Shown: positions 37,577 to 48,538, numbered from the stretch's first letter. The stretch is 64,000 nt of DNA from Gammaproteobacteria bacterium (GCA_965221835.1 OZ244916.1:329947-393946), one strand, 5' to 3'. The notes: generated by a model not told the origin, from the letters alone. Numbers and translations: made by a program.

Positions 37577-40500
37577 ATGAGATTTTTCCGGCGAATTTTG
37601 GCGATTCTTTTCGCCCTTTGCGGGGCGGAGGCGGCATTATCGCAAGAAATTACGATTAGTTTGGATGTTGCGGCAAAACAGATAACGGTTTTATCGCCGA
37701 GACCGACAAGGCAATTTAGATATTTTTGGCGGTGTGCGGAAACTAACCCTATCACAGGCGATGAAATCGAACTTGAATTTCTTCAGCGGGATACAAACCT
37801 ACCAAATTCTCAATTTTTAACTTTCGCCGAAATTGAAGAACATCTTAACGATAATATCAAATGCGATCATATTTCTTTGGCTTATGTGAGAAATGCTAAT
37901 GAAGTAATACGCAGCAATACTCTCCGAATTGTGGGCGTGCGGCGAGAAGGAAATCCGCCGCATGTCACCGTCAACATTGACCATATCGGCGATGGATATA
38001 CCGAAGGCGATGTTTATAGTTTCAATGTGGTATACACGGATTTATTTGGAGTCGTGCAAACCGTACGCAACGATGAAGAAGAAAGATTTAATGAGGTTTT
38101 TGGAAATGTGCAGTGGTTTAAGACGGGAATTAGAAGCAAGGATAACTTGATTGCATTTCCGTCATCTTCGTCTACTGATAATCTTTTTGTAAATCCGCCC
38201 TCTCCGTTTCCAGAAAGAAGATTTATTTTTTTACCAGTACGGGATATTGAATGTACGGGCGAATCTTGCGAAACTGAACTTATGCCGACATTGGGCGATG
38301 CCATAGCATATCAACCGATTGAAAGCCCGCCTCCACCACAATATCCTCATACCTATACACTATCGCACAGTCATTTTTCCGATTCGTACTACACCAGAGA
38401 TAACGGAGAAATAATATATTTAGACCATTTCGCCGTTCGGATAACAGACAAATGGGAACACACAGAACAACCATTTTCGGGGCTAACGCAATATGGAGTT
38501 TCTTGGGGATTTATTCCGAGAAACGAACCGACCGAAGTTTCTCAACTGGAACTTTATAGGAGTATTGACCCGTTCCAATTTTCCGGAACTCCGGCAGAAG
38601 AACCAGTTTCTTTCGGCGAATTTGCATTCGGTAGCGATAAAGAAAAACTTTACAACTTATTCAGCATTTCCGGAGACCTCAACAATGGCATTAAGCAAAG
38701 TACCAGATTTATATGGCAACACCGGATTAACGGCGGCGAATGGATAACTACGGAAGATGAAAGGATTGTCAGAGGAACTTATTTTACAAGTCCCGATCAT
38801 TTTGTCGGGGCGAAAATAGGGGACGAAATTCAAATTCGTGGCATATTGGATGTTGAAGACGGATGGGGATTGCGAAACTATTTATTTTCGCCCACATTAT
38901 CGCACACCGATATGCCGCCGACGGGAGATATGCAATTCATAGAGACCGGATTGCATGCAGAAGCGACGATAACCACCTCGCTGGATGAAATAGAAGACCC
39001 GGACGGAGAAATTGATGTACTTTCCTATCGTTGGCAAGCGGGAAATGGTACGGTTTTTACCGATGTACTTTTTCAAGAATATGATGAGGCAAACCGGAGA
39101 TTATTTGCCGACAGTATTAGAAATGTTCCGTACATTTTGGACGCATCCGTTTTCAATCAAGAAGGCAACAGCGGAATGCGAGTAATTGCGGAATTGACCG
39201 ACTCATTTTTTGGGCAGGCAACTATAACTTCCGGTTTCTTTCTGGTGAATCCCCCGACCGAAGGAACCGTTTCCATAAACGGCAATCCGTTATTTTCGGA
39301 CGGCGAAATATACACATTAACGAATGTTGACGAATTAACGGACGGCAACGGAATCGGCAGATTTAGTTATTCATGGTATGTAAGCATAGACGGCGGCAAT
39401 AGTTATGACAGAAGAGGGGCTTTTGGTACAACTTTCACATTAAAAGCATCTCACATTGCAGAGGCAAATGCAGATACGCCCGTATTGTTGCGTGCCGATG
39501 TGGTACATACCGATGCGGACAGATACACACAAACGCTTGTGGCTTTTTTTGAACAAAATTTTCCGACACAAGGCGAAATCACAATTGACGGCAATCCGAT
39601 GTTTGCGGCGGGCGAAATATACACCGCAATCACCGCCGAATTATCGGACAGCAACGAAATCGGCGGATTTACTTATCAATGGCTTGTGAGTTTTGATGAC
39701 GGCAATAACTATAATGAAATTGCGGGCGAGACGGGAGAAACTTACACGGCGGACACGGCGGATTTTGCGGGGGCGAATCCGAACACGCCGATATTTTTGG
39801 GCGTTTCGGCGGTGCATACCGATTTGGACGGCTACGCACAAACGATTACGGCATTTTTGGAACAGGATCTTCCGACACAAGGCGATATTGTTTTGAATGC
39901 TATTGCGAATCCTTTGGTGCTTGGCGAAGTCAAGTTTTCGGTGAATGTTGACGCATTGACGGACGGCAACGACATCGGCGATTTTGCATATCAATGGTTT
40001 GCGAGTATTGCCCGTGGTGCAGATTACAATCCGATTTCGGCGGCGACCGACAGATCGTACATATTGGACCGGTCGGATTTTGCGGGGGCGGCGGCGAATG
40101 AACCGGTGCGAATTTCGGTTTCGGTTGTGCATACCGATTTGGCGGGATATGAACAATCGTTCGGAGATTTTTTCGTGCAGAATCCTCGGACAGAAGGCGA
40201 GATAACAATTGACGGCAATCCGATGTTTGCGGACGGCGAAATATACACCGCAATCACTGCCGCATTATCGGACAGAAACGGAATCGGCGATTTTACTTAT
40301 CAATGGGTTATAAGTTTTGACGGCGGCAACAACTATAACACTAACGGAATTTTGGGAATCGATTCTACTTACACTTTGCGGGCGGAAGATATTGCGAATG
40401 CCGATGAAAACATTCCCGCCCTGCTGGGTGTTGCGGCGGTGCATACCGATTTGGACGGAAACACACAAACGTTAACGGCATCTTTTTTGCAAGATATTGC

Positions 40501-43500
40501 CGGCACAGGCAGCGTTTCAATTTCGGGTGCGAATTCATTTGCGGCGGGCGAAAAATATACAGCGATAACAAACATTGCGGATGCAAACGGAATCAGCGTT
40601 TTCGTTTATTCATGGCATGCAAGTACGGACGGCGGAAATAACTATACGCAAATAACAGATGCGAATTCGGAATCGTACACGCTTGCATTGTCAGATTTTG
40701 CCGGTGCAACTTCGGCGAATCCGGTGCATCTTTTGCTTTCAGTTGTGCATACCGACATGGGCGGATTTTCGGAGTTTTATTTGGCAACGCTAATTCATTC
40801 CGACACGGCGGCGGGTGGAAGTTTGGGAATTGAAATTCAAAACGGCGTAATTGCGGAAGATGCGATTGTGGAATTAAATACGGCGGGAATTTCGGACATA
40901 AACGGCGGGGGAATCGTTTCGCATTCGTGGCATTTGGATAACGGTGCGGCGATTGTCGGCGAAACTTCGGCGACTTATATTTTGTCATCGGCGAATTTAA
41001 CTTTGTCGGAAATTCGCAACGGCGTTTTACATTCGGAAGTTTTATATCGGGATTCGTTCGGTTATGAAACAAGATTTTCCATCACGCTATTCGGCGAAGG
41101 CGATGATGAAGAATACGATCCGGACAATCCGAATGAGTTGGATTCTATGGGAACGGGAACGGTTGCGATTTCGGGAACGATTTCGTTTGCGGCGAATGAA
41201 AGATATACGGCGGACATTTCGCAAATCGCTCCGAATGACGCAAACGGCGAAGGAGATTTCGCATATTCATGGCATACGAGTACGGACGGCGGAACGAATT
41301 ACAATTTAATATCGGGTGCGAATTCGGAATCGTACACGCTTGCATTGTCGGATTTTTCCGGTGCAACTTCGGCGAATCCGGTGCATCTTTTGCTTTCGGT
41401 TGTGCATACCGATTTCGGCGGATTTGATCAAAGTTATCTGGCGACTTTGATTCATTCCGACACGGCGGCGGGCGGAAGTTTGGGAATCGGAATTCAAAGC
41501 GGCGTAATTGCAGAAGGTGCGATTGTGGAATTAAACACGGCGGGAATTTCGGACATAAACGGCGGCGGAATCATTTCGCATTCGTGGCATTTGGATAACG
41601 GTGCGGCGATTGTCGGTGCAACGGCGGCGACTTATATTTTGTCATCGGCGAATTTAACTTTGTCGGAAATTCGCAACGGCGTTTTACATTCGGAAGTTTT
41701 ATATCGGGACGATTTCGGTTATGAAACGAGATTTTCCATCACGCTATTCGGCGAAGGCGATGATGAAGAATACGATCCGGACAATCCGAATGAGTTGGAT
41801 TCTTTGGGAACGGGAACGGTTGCGATTTCGGGAACGATTTCGTTTGCGGCGAATGAAAAATATACGGCGGACATTTCGGACATCGCTCCGAATGATGCAA
41901 ACGGCAAAGGGACTTTTACATATTCATGGCATACGAGTACGGACGGCGGAAATAACTATACGCAAATCACGGGGGCGACATTGGAGTTGTATACGCTTGC
42001 ATTGTCGGATTTTGCGGGTGCGAATGCGAATGCGGAAGTGCATTTGCGAGTTTCGGTTGTGCATACCGATTTCGGCGGATTTGATCAAAGTTATCTGGCG
42101 ACTTTAATTCATTCCGACACAGCGGCGGGTGGAAGTTTGGGAATTGGCATTCGGGACGGAATCATCGCCGAAGATGCGGTTGTGGAATTAGACACGGCGG
42201 GAATTTCGGACATAAACGGCGGGGGAATCGTTTCGCATTCGTGGCATTTGGATAACGGTGCGGCGATTGTCGGTGCGACTGCGGCGACTTATACATTGCA
42301 AGCGGCGAATTTAACTTTGTCGGAAATTCGCAACGGCGTTTTACATTCGGAAGTTTTGTATCGGGATTCGTTCGGCTATGAAACAAGATTTTCCATCACG
42401 CTATTCGGCGAAGGCGATGATGAAGAATACGATCCGAACAATCCGAATGAGTTGGATTCTTTGGGCACGGGAACGGTTGCGATTTCGGGGACGATTTCGT
42501 TTGCGGCGAATGAAAGATATACGGCGGACATTTCGGACATCGCTCCGAATGACGCAAACGGCAAAGGAGATTTCGCATATTCATGGCATACGAGTACGGA
42601 CGGCGGAACGAATTACGATTTAATTTCGGGGGCGACATTGGAGTTGTATACGCTTGCGTTGTCGGATTTCGCCGGTGCGAATGCGAATGCGGAAGTGCAT
42701 TTGCGAGTTTCGGTTGTGCATACCGATTTCGGCGGATTTGATCAAAGTTATCTGGCAACTTTGATTCATTCCGACACGGCGGCGGGCGGAAGTTTGGGAA
42801 TTGAAATTCAAAGCGGCGTAATTGCCGAAGATGCGATTGTGGAATTAGACACGGCGGCGATTTCGGACATAAACGGCGGCGGAATCGTTTCGCATTCATG
42901 GCATTTGGATAACGGTGCGGCGATTGTCGGCGCAACGGCGGCGACTTATATTTTGTCATCGGCGAATTTAACTTTGTCGGAAATTCGCAATGGCGTTTTA
43001 CATTCGGAAGTTTTATATCGGGATTCGTTCGGTTATGAAACGAGATTTTCCATCACACTATTCGGCGAAGGCGATGATTCCGTCTCGCCGAATCCCGATG
43101 ATCCGAATCGTCCCGGCACGACGACAAATCCGGTTGACCCCGGCGACAATCCGGGCGGCGAAGATCCGGACAATCCGGGAAACATTTTCGGCACAGGCAG
43201 CGTTTCAATTTCGGGTGCGAATTCATTTGCGGCGGGTGAGAAATATACAGCGATAACGAACATTGCGGATGCAAACAGAATCGGTACGGTTTCATATTCA
43301 TGGCAAGCGAGTACGGACGGCGGAACGAATTACAATTTAATAACGGATGCGAATTCGGAATCGTACACGCTTGCGTTGTCAGATTTTTCCGGTGCAACTT
43401 CGGCAAATCCGGTGCATCTTTTGCTTTCAGTTGTGCATACCGACATGGGCGGATTTTCGGAGTTTTATCTGGCAACTTTGATTCATTCCGACACAGCGGC

Positions 43501-46500
43501 GGGCGGAAGTTTGGGAATTGAAATTCAAAGCGGCGTAATTGCGGAAGGTGCGGTTGTGGAATTAGACACGGCGGGAATTTCGGACATAAACGGCGGGGGA
43601 ATCGTTTCGCATTCGTGGCATTTGGATAACGGTGCGGCGATTGTCGGCGAAACTTCGGCGACTTATATTTTGTCATCGGCGAATTTAACTTTATCGGAAA
43701 TTCGCAACGGCGTTTTACATTCGGAAGTTTTATATCGGGATTCGTTCGGTTATGAAACAAGATTTTCCATCACGCTATTCGGCGAAGGCGATGATGAAGA
43801 ATACGATCCGGACAATCCGAATGAGTTGGATTCTTTGGGCACGGGAACGGTTGCGATTTCGGGAACGATTTCGTTTGCGGCGAATGAAAAATATACGGCG
43901 GACATTTCGGACATCGCTCCGAATGATGCAAACGGCAAAGGGACTTTTACATATTCATGGCACACGAGTACGGACGGCGGAACGAATTACAATTTAATAT
44001 CGGATGCGAATTCGGAATCGTACACGCTTGCATTGTCGGATTTTGCGGGTGCGAATGCGAATGCGGAAGTGCATTTGCGAGTTTCGGTTGTGCATACCGA
44101 TTTCGGCGGATTTGATCAAAGTTATCTGGCAACTTTGATTCATTCCGACACAGCGGCGGGCGGAAGTTTGGGAATTGAAATTCAAAGCGGCGTAATTGCC
44201 GAAGATGCGATTGTGGAATTAGACACGGCGGGAATTTCGGACATAAACGGCGGGGGAATCGTTTCGCATTCGTGGCATTTGGATAACGGTGCGGCGATTG
44301 CCGGCGAAACTTCGGCGACTTATACTTTGCAAGCGGCGAATTTAACTTTGTCGGAAATTCGCAATGGCGTTTTACATTCGGAAGTTTTGTATCGGGATGA
44401 TTTCGGTTATGAAACAAGATTTTCCATCACACTATTCGGCGAAGGCGATGACGAAGAATACGATCCGGACAATCCGAATGAGTTGGATTCTATGGGAACG
44501 GGAACGGTTGCGATTTCGGGGACGATTTCGTTTGCGGCGAATGAAAAATATACGGCGGACATTTCGGACATCGCTCCGAATGATGCAAACGGCAAAGGGA
44601 CTTTTACATATTCATGGCATGCGAGTACGGACGGCGGAACGAATTACGATTTAATTTCGGGGGCGACATTGGAGTTGTATACGCTTGCGTTGTCGGATTT
44701 TGCCGGTGCGAATGCGAATGCGGAAGTGCATTTGCGAGTTTCGGTTGTGCATACCGATTTCGGCGGATTTGATCAAAGTTATCTGGCGACTTTGATTCAT
44801 TCGGATACGGCGGCGGGCGGAAGTTTGGGAATCGGAATTCGGGACGGAATCATCGCCGAAGATGCGGTTGTGGAATTAGACACGGCGGGAATTTCGGACA
44901 TAAACGGCGGGGGAATCGTTTCGCATTCATGGCATTTGGATAACGGTGCGGCGATTGTCGGCGAAACTTCGGCGACTTATATTTTGTCATCGGCGAATTT
45001 AACTTTGTCGGAAATTCGCAACGGCGTTTTACATTCGGAAGTTTTATATCGGGATTCGTTCGGTTATGAAACGAGATTTTCCATCACACTATTCGGCGAA
45101 GGCGATGATTCCGTCTCGCCGAATCCCGATGATCCGAATCGTCCCGGCACGACGACAAATCCGGTTGACCCCGGCGACAATCCGGGCGGCGAAGATCCGG
45201 ATAATCCGGGAAACATTTTCGGCACAGGCAGCGTTTCAATTTCGGGTGCGAATTCATTTGCGGCGGGTGAGAAATATACAGCGATAACAAACATTGCGGA
45301 TGCAAACAGAATCGGTACGGTTTCATATTCATGGCAAGCGAGTACGGACGGCGGAACGAATTACAATTTAATAACGGATGCGAATTCGGAATCGTACACG
45401 CTTTCGCTGGCGGATTTTGCCGGTGCAACTTCGGCAAATCCGGTGCATCTTTTGCTTTCAGTTGTGCATACCGACATGGGCGGATTTTCGGAGTTTTATC
45501 TGGCAACTTTGATTCATTCCGACACGGCGGCGGGCGGAAGTTTGGGAATTGAAATTCAAAATGGCGTAATTGCGGAAGATGCGATTGTGGAATTAGACAC
45601 TGCCGGAGTTTCGGACATAAACGGCGGGGGAATCGTTTCGCATTCGTGGCATTTGGATAACGGTGCGGCGATTGTCGGGGCGGATGCGGCGACTTATACA
45701 TTGCAAGCGGCGAATTTAACTTTGTCGGAAATTCGCAACGGCGTTTTACATTCGGAAGTTTTATATCGGGATTCGTTCGGTTATGAAACAAGATTTTCCA
45801 TCACGCTATTCGGCGAAGGCGATGATGAAGAATACGATCCGAACAATCCGAATGAGTTGGATTCTATCGGCACGGGAACGGTGGCGATTTCGGGAACGAT
45901 TTCGTTTGCGGCGAATGAAAAATACACGGCGGACATTTCGGACATCGCTCCGAATGATGCAAACGGCGAAGGAGATTTCGCATATTCATGGCATGCGAGT
46001 ACGGACGGCGGAACGAATTACGATTTAATTTCGGGGGCGACATTGGAGTTGTATACGCTTGCGTTGTCGGATTTTGCCGGTGCGAATGCGAATGCGGAAG
46101 TGCATTTGCGAGTTTCGGTTGTGCATACCGATTTCGGCGGATTTGATCAAAGTTATCTGGCAACTTTGATTCATTCCGACACGGCGGCGGGCGGAAGTTT
46201 GGGAATTGTCGCCGCCGGTTTGATGGCGGGCGATTTGGTGACGGCGGATGCGGCGGGATTGACGGACGCAAACGGGGCGTTGACAATTTCATATCGCTGG
46301 CAAACGGGCGAACGAAATACGCCGGAAAGTTTTGCGGATCTTGTCGGCGAAACGGAAGCGGTTTATACAATTTATGCGGATGATTATGATTCCGATTCGC
46401 GAGATTCGTTGCGGCTGATTGCAAGAACGGCGGATCCGTTCGGCGGCGAGACGCAAATTACGAGTGCGATATTGCCGATCAATCGCGAAACCGAAGGGCG

Positions 46501-48538
46501 AATTTCGTTGGAGTTGGTCGGCGGAGAAATTGTTGCGGGGGCGACGATACGATTGCGGACGGATGCGGTATCGGATGAAAACGGCGGCGGTTTTGAAAAA
46601 TATTATTGGTTTATAAACGATCTTTTGTTGATGGAAGAAAATGACGATTTTCTTGTCGTGCGGTCGGATGATTTGCGCGATATTGCGGCGGGCGGATTGC
46701 GGGCGGAGGCGAAGTATGTTGACGGAATCGGATTTACCGTTCGGTTGTCGGCGAGATTGATTGCTGCCGGTATTGTCGCACCGTCGCCGGAAGAAATCGC
46801 GAATTGGTCGGTCGTTATAGAAACCGAAGGCGTTGCGTTCGGCGAGGATTTGGCACGGGCGAATTTGATTGGCGCGGAACAATCGGATTATTACGAAGTT
46901 TTCTATCGCTGGCGAACAGGCGTTGGCATCGCTTTTGCCGATGAAAGGAATGTCGGCGGCGTTGGCAACTATCATCAGTTGGAAGCGGCGAATTTTAATC
47001 CGCAAGATCATTTGCGGGCGATTGCCGAAGTGGAGTTATTGTCCGGCGCTTTTGTCACGCTTACTTCGGCGCCGGTGCAAATTGATTATCCGTCTATCGG
47101 TGCGGTGCGAATTGTCGCCGGCGAGTTGCTGGCGCCGGGGGTTGTGGTCAGTGCGGATATTTCTGATGTGCGGGATGCGAATGGCGGCATAAACGTTGTT
47201 TCTGAAAGATGGTTGTATGCAGATACGCCTGTTGCGATGGCGCGCAGTTATACCTTAACCGAAGAAGCGGTGCATGCCGGAAAAGTTTTTTATGAGGCGA
47301 TTTTTGCGGACGCTGCCGGTTTTCGTACATCGTTGCGGGCGGAAGCAAATGTGGGAGGCGAAGTATCATCCGAAAAAGCCGAAGCAATAATTGGTGCGGT
47401 CAATGCAGCGGCGATTGACGGATTGTGGAACGCGTTGGAGGGGCATTTGGATAGCGAAGCCGGATGGCGTGCGAATGGTGCGCCGATTGAAGATCCATCG
47501 CAAATCGCCGCGGCATTGTCGCGCCGTGATGAAAATTCTTTGCATCCCGATTCGCCGTTTGCGTTGGATTCGTTTGCGTTGAAAGAATCGGGCGGCGAGG
47601 CGGGTGAAGAATGGTCGTGGTGGGCGCACGGGTCGCGGAGTAGATTGAAAGGAAAGCCGATTATCGACGGCGAGGAAGTAAAATATCACGGCGATTATGC
47701 ATCTTTTCATGCGGGAATGGATCGGCAAATCAGCGACACGATGCGCGCCGGACTCGCTTTCGGTGCGGACGATGCGGATTTGGATGTGGAATGGCGCAAA
47801 GGCGTAGACGGACGGTTGCGGCAGAATATTCGTTCGCTGATTCCATATACGGAATGGCGTCCGGATGATTTGACGAATGTGCGCATATTGGCGGGCTACG
47901 GCGAAGGCGATATTTATTTGGCGGAACACGATAACGCATCCAGGGCATCCGCCCGCCGGACATTGTTCGGCATTCGCGCCGCCCGCCGCAAAGATTTGGC
48001 GGACAATTTTGATATTACTTTTTCGGGCGGATTTGACAAAACGCGTCTGCAAACGGGCGCGATTGATTTGCCCGGATTGCAAGATGATTTGGACGCCCGC
48101 ACGAAAGAAACACATGCGCGAGTGAGAGGTGGACATATTTCATTGTTGCCGGCAAAAGGATCATTGCACAAAGAAATAAGTTTGCGTTGGCGTTCGCAAT
48201 CAGTAGCGGGCGACAGAGATAGCGTTTTTGATTTCGGCATCGGATTTAATGCGACATTGCCGGAATATTTTCTTTCGTTCGGGGCGGACGGCGAACGGCA
48301 ACTAACCGACTCGGCACACGAACGAAATCGTTTCGGCGTTTATATCGCCTACGGTGCCGGACGATTTGCGCATATTTTGGAAACCCGTTATGACAACGAA
48401 ATAGCGTTACCACAAAATCGCTGGCAAATTAACACCGTTTCAGAATGGGGCGTCAGCGAACTTCTCACCGGCGTTTATGTGGAACATAACGGCAACGCAG
48501 ATCTTAGAATCGGCTGGGAATCTAATCTTCTGTTTTAA
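37577..48538 (+). CDS. Giant (3653 aa) secreted repeat protein: signal peptide, unique N-terminal domain, diverged ~110-aa modules, about 9 near-identical ~219/238-aa tandem repeats, and a ~330-aa C-terminal autotransporter-like beta-domain ending in Phe
   Basis: One uninterrupted 10.96 kb ORF. Signal peptide MRFFRRILAILFALCGAEA-ALS. Repeat blocks (...GTGTVAISGTISFAANEKYTADISDIAPNDANGKG.F.YSWH.STDGG.NY...VHLRVSVVHTDFGGFDQSYLATLIHSDTAAGGSLGIEIQSGVIAEDAIVELDTAGISDINGGGIVSHSWHLDNGAAIVG..SATY.L..ANLTLSEIRNGVLHSEVLYRDSFGYETRFSITLFGEGDDEEYDPDNPNELDS) are identical except at scattered residues. The C-terminus (...WSWWAHGSRSRLKG... to ...IGWESNLLF) resembles the start and end of type Va autotransporter barrels. 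Confidence 0.8.
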   Translation: MRFFRRILAILFALCGAEAALSQEITISLDVAAKQITVLSPRPTRQFRYFWRCAETNPITGDEIELEFLQRDTNLPNSQFLTFAEIEEHLNDNIKCDHISLAYVRNANEVIRSNTLRIVGVRREGNPPHVTVNIDHIGDGYTEGDVYSFNVVYTDLFGVVQTVRNDEEERFNEVFGNVQWFKTGIRSKDNLIAFPSSSSTDNLFVNPPSPFPERRFIFLPVRDIECTGESCETELMPTLGDAIAYQPIESPPPPQYPHTYTLSHSHFSDSYYTRDNGEIIYLDHFAVRITDKWEHTEQPFSGLTQYGVSWGFIPRNEPTEVSQLELYRSIDPFQFSGTPAEEPVSFGEFAFGSDKEKLYNLFSISGDLNNGIKQSTRFIWQHRINGGEWITTEDERIVRGTYFTSPDHFVGAKIGDEIQIRGILDVEDGWGLRNYLFSPTLSHTDMPPTGDMQFIETGLHAEATITTSLDEIEDPDGEIDVLSYRWQAGNGTVFTDVLFQEYDEANRRLFADSIRNVPYILDASVFNQEGNSGMRVIAELTDSFFGQATITSGFFLVNPPTEGTVSINGNPLFSDGEIYTLTNVDELTDGNGIGRFSYSWYVSIDGGNSYDRRGAFGTTFTLKASHIAEANADTPVLLRADVVHTDADRYTQTLVAFFEQNFPTQGEITIDGNPMFAAGEIYTAITAELSDSNEIGGFTYQWLVSFDDGNNYNEIAGETGETYTADTADFAGANPNTPIFLGVSAVHTDLDGYAQTITAFLEQDLPTQGDIVLNAIANPLVLGEVKFSVNVDALTDGNDIGDFAYQWFASIARGADYNPISAATDRSYILDRSDFAGAAANEPVRISVSVVHTDLAGYEQSFGDFFVQNPRTEGEITIDGNPMFADGEIYTAITAALSDRNGIGDFTYQWVISFDGGNNYNTNGILGIDSTYTLRAEDIANADENIPALLGVAAVHTDLDGNTQTLTASFLQDIAGTGSVSISGANSFAAGEKYTAITNIADANGISVFVYSWHASTDGGNNYTQITDANSESYTLALSDFAGATSANPVHLLLSVVHTDMGGFSEFYLATLIHSDTAAGGSLGIEIQNGVIAEDAIVELNTAGISDINGGGIVSHSWHLDNGAAIVGETSATYILSSANLTLSEIRNGVLHSEVLYRDSFGYETRFSITLFGEGDDEEYDPDNPNELDSMGTGTVAISGTISFAANERYTADISQIAPNDANGEGDFAYSWHTSTDGGTNYNLISGANSESYTLALSDFSGATSANPVHLLLSVVHTDFGGFDQSYLATLIHSDTAAGGSLGIGIQSGVIAEGAIVELNTAGISDINGGGIISHSWHLDNGAAIVGATAATYILSSANLTLSEIRNGVLHSEVLYRDDFGYETRFSITLFGEGDDEEYDPDNPNELDSLGTGTVAISGTISFAANEKYTADISDIAPNDANGKGTFTYSWHTSTDGGNNYTQITGATLELYTLALSDFAGANANAEVHLRVSVVHTDFGGFDQSYLATLIHSDTAAGGSLGIGIRDGIIAEDAVVELDTAGISDINGGGIVSHSWHLDNGAAIVGATAATYTLQAANLTLSEIRNGVLHSEVLYRDSFGYETRFSITLFGEGDDEEYDPNNPNELDSLGTGTVAISGTISFAANERYTADISDIAPNDANGKGDFAYSWHTSTDGGTNYDLISGATLELYTLALSDFAGANANAEVHLRVSVVHTDFGGFDQSYLATLIHSDTAAGGSLGIEIQSGVIAEDAIVELDTAAISDINGGGIVSHSWHLDNGAAIVGATAATYILSSANLTLSEIRNGVLHSEVLYRDSFGYETRFSITLFGEGDDSVSPNPDDPNRPGTTTNPVDPGDNPGGEDPDNPGNIFGTGSVSISGANSFAAGEKYTAITNIADANRIGTVSYSWQASTDGGTNYNLITDANSESYTLALSDFSGATSANPVHLLLSVVHTDMGGFSEFYLATLIHSDTAAGGSLGIEIQSGVIAEGAVVELDTAGISDINGGGIVSHSWHLDNGAAIVGETSATYILSSANLTLSEIRNGVLHSEVLYRDSFGYETRFSITLFGEGDDEEYDPDNPNELDSLGTGTVAISGTISFAANEKYTADISDIAPNDANGKGTFTYSWHTSTDGGTNYNLISDANSESYTLALSDFAGANANAEVHLRVSVVHTDFGGFDQSYLATLIHSDTAAGGSLGIEIQSGVIAEDAIVELDTAGISDINGGGIVSHSWHLDNGAAIAGETSATYTLQAANLTLSEIRNGVLHSEVLYRDDFGYETRFSITLFGEGDDEEYDPDNPNELDSMGTGTVAISGTISFAANEKYTADISDIAPNDANGKGTFTYSWHASTDGGTNYDLISGATLELYTLALSDFAGANANAEVHLRVSVVHTDFGGFDQSYLATLIHSDTAAGGSLGIGIRDGIIAEDAVVELDTAGISDINGGGIVSHSWHLDNGAAIVGETSATYILSSANLTLSEIRNGVLHSEVLYRDSFGYETRFSITLFGEGDDSVSPNPDDPNRPGTTTNPVDPGDNPGGEDPDNPGNIFGTGSVSISGANSFAAGEKYTAITNIADANRIGTVSYSWQASTDGGTNYNLITDANSESYTLSLADFAGATSANPVHLLLSVVHTDMGGFSEFYLATLIHSDTAAGGSLGIEIQNGVIAEDAIVELDTAGVSDINGGGIVSHSWHLDNGAAIVGADAATYTLQAANLTLSEIRNGVLHSEVLYRDSFGYETRFSITLFGEGDDEEYDPNNPNELDSIGTGTVAISGTISFAANEKYTADISDIAPNDANGEGDFAYSWHASTDGGTNYDLISGATLELYTLALSDFAGANANAEVHLRVSVVHTDFGGFDQSYLATLIHSDTAAGGSLGIVAAGLMAGDLVTADAAGLTDANGALTISYRWQTGERNTPESFADLVGETEAVYTIYADDYDSDSRDSLRLIARTADPFGGETQITSAILPINRETEGRISLELVGGEIVAGATIRLRTDAVSDENGGGFEKYYWFINDLLLMEENDDFLVVRSDDLRDIAAGGLRAEAKYVDGIGFTVRLSARLIAAGIVAPSPEEIANWSVVIETEGVAFGEDLARANLIGAEQSDYYEVFYRWRTGVGIAFADERNVGGVGNYHQLEAANFNPQDHLRAIAEVELLSGAFVTLTSAPVQIDYPSIGAVRIVAGELLAPGVVVSADISDVRDANGGINVVSERWLYADTPVAMARSYTLTEEAVHAGKVFYEAIFADAAGFRTSLRAEANVGGEVSSEKAEAIIGAVNAAAIDGLWNALEGHLDSEAGWRANGAPIEDPSQIAAALSRRDENSLHPDSPFALDSFALKESGGEAGEEWSWWAHGSRSRLKGKPIIDGEEVKYHGDYASFHAGMDRQISDTMRAGLAFGADDADLDVEWRKGVDGRLRQNIRSLIPYTEWRPDDLTNVRILAGYGEGDIYLAEHDNASRASARRTLFGIRAARRKDLADNFDITFSGGFDKTRLQTGAIDLPGLQDDLDARTKETHARVRGGHISLLPAKGSLHKEISLRWRSQSVAGDRDSVFDFGIGFNATLPEYFLSFGADGERQLTDSAHERNRFGVYIAYGAGRFAHILETRYDNEIALPQNRWQINTVSEWGVSELLTGVYVEHNGNADLRIGWESNLLF
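40500..46210 (+). repeat. Intragenic tandem array: about 9 copies of a 657-bp unit (two copies 714-717 bp with an added Pro/Asp-rich linker), >95% identical, arranged as a ~2031-bp higher-order repeat
   Basis: The antisense and alternate-frame ORFs in the supplied track recur with identical sequence at fixed spacing (41719/42376/43750/44407; 41064/42378/43752/45783; 43033..43263 = 45064..45294; 43053..43760 = 45084..45791; 43300..43521 = 45331..45552). Older diverged ~330-bp repeats precede the array at 39230-40500. Confidence 0.85.
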
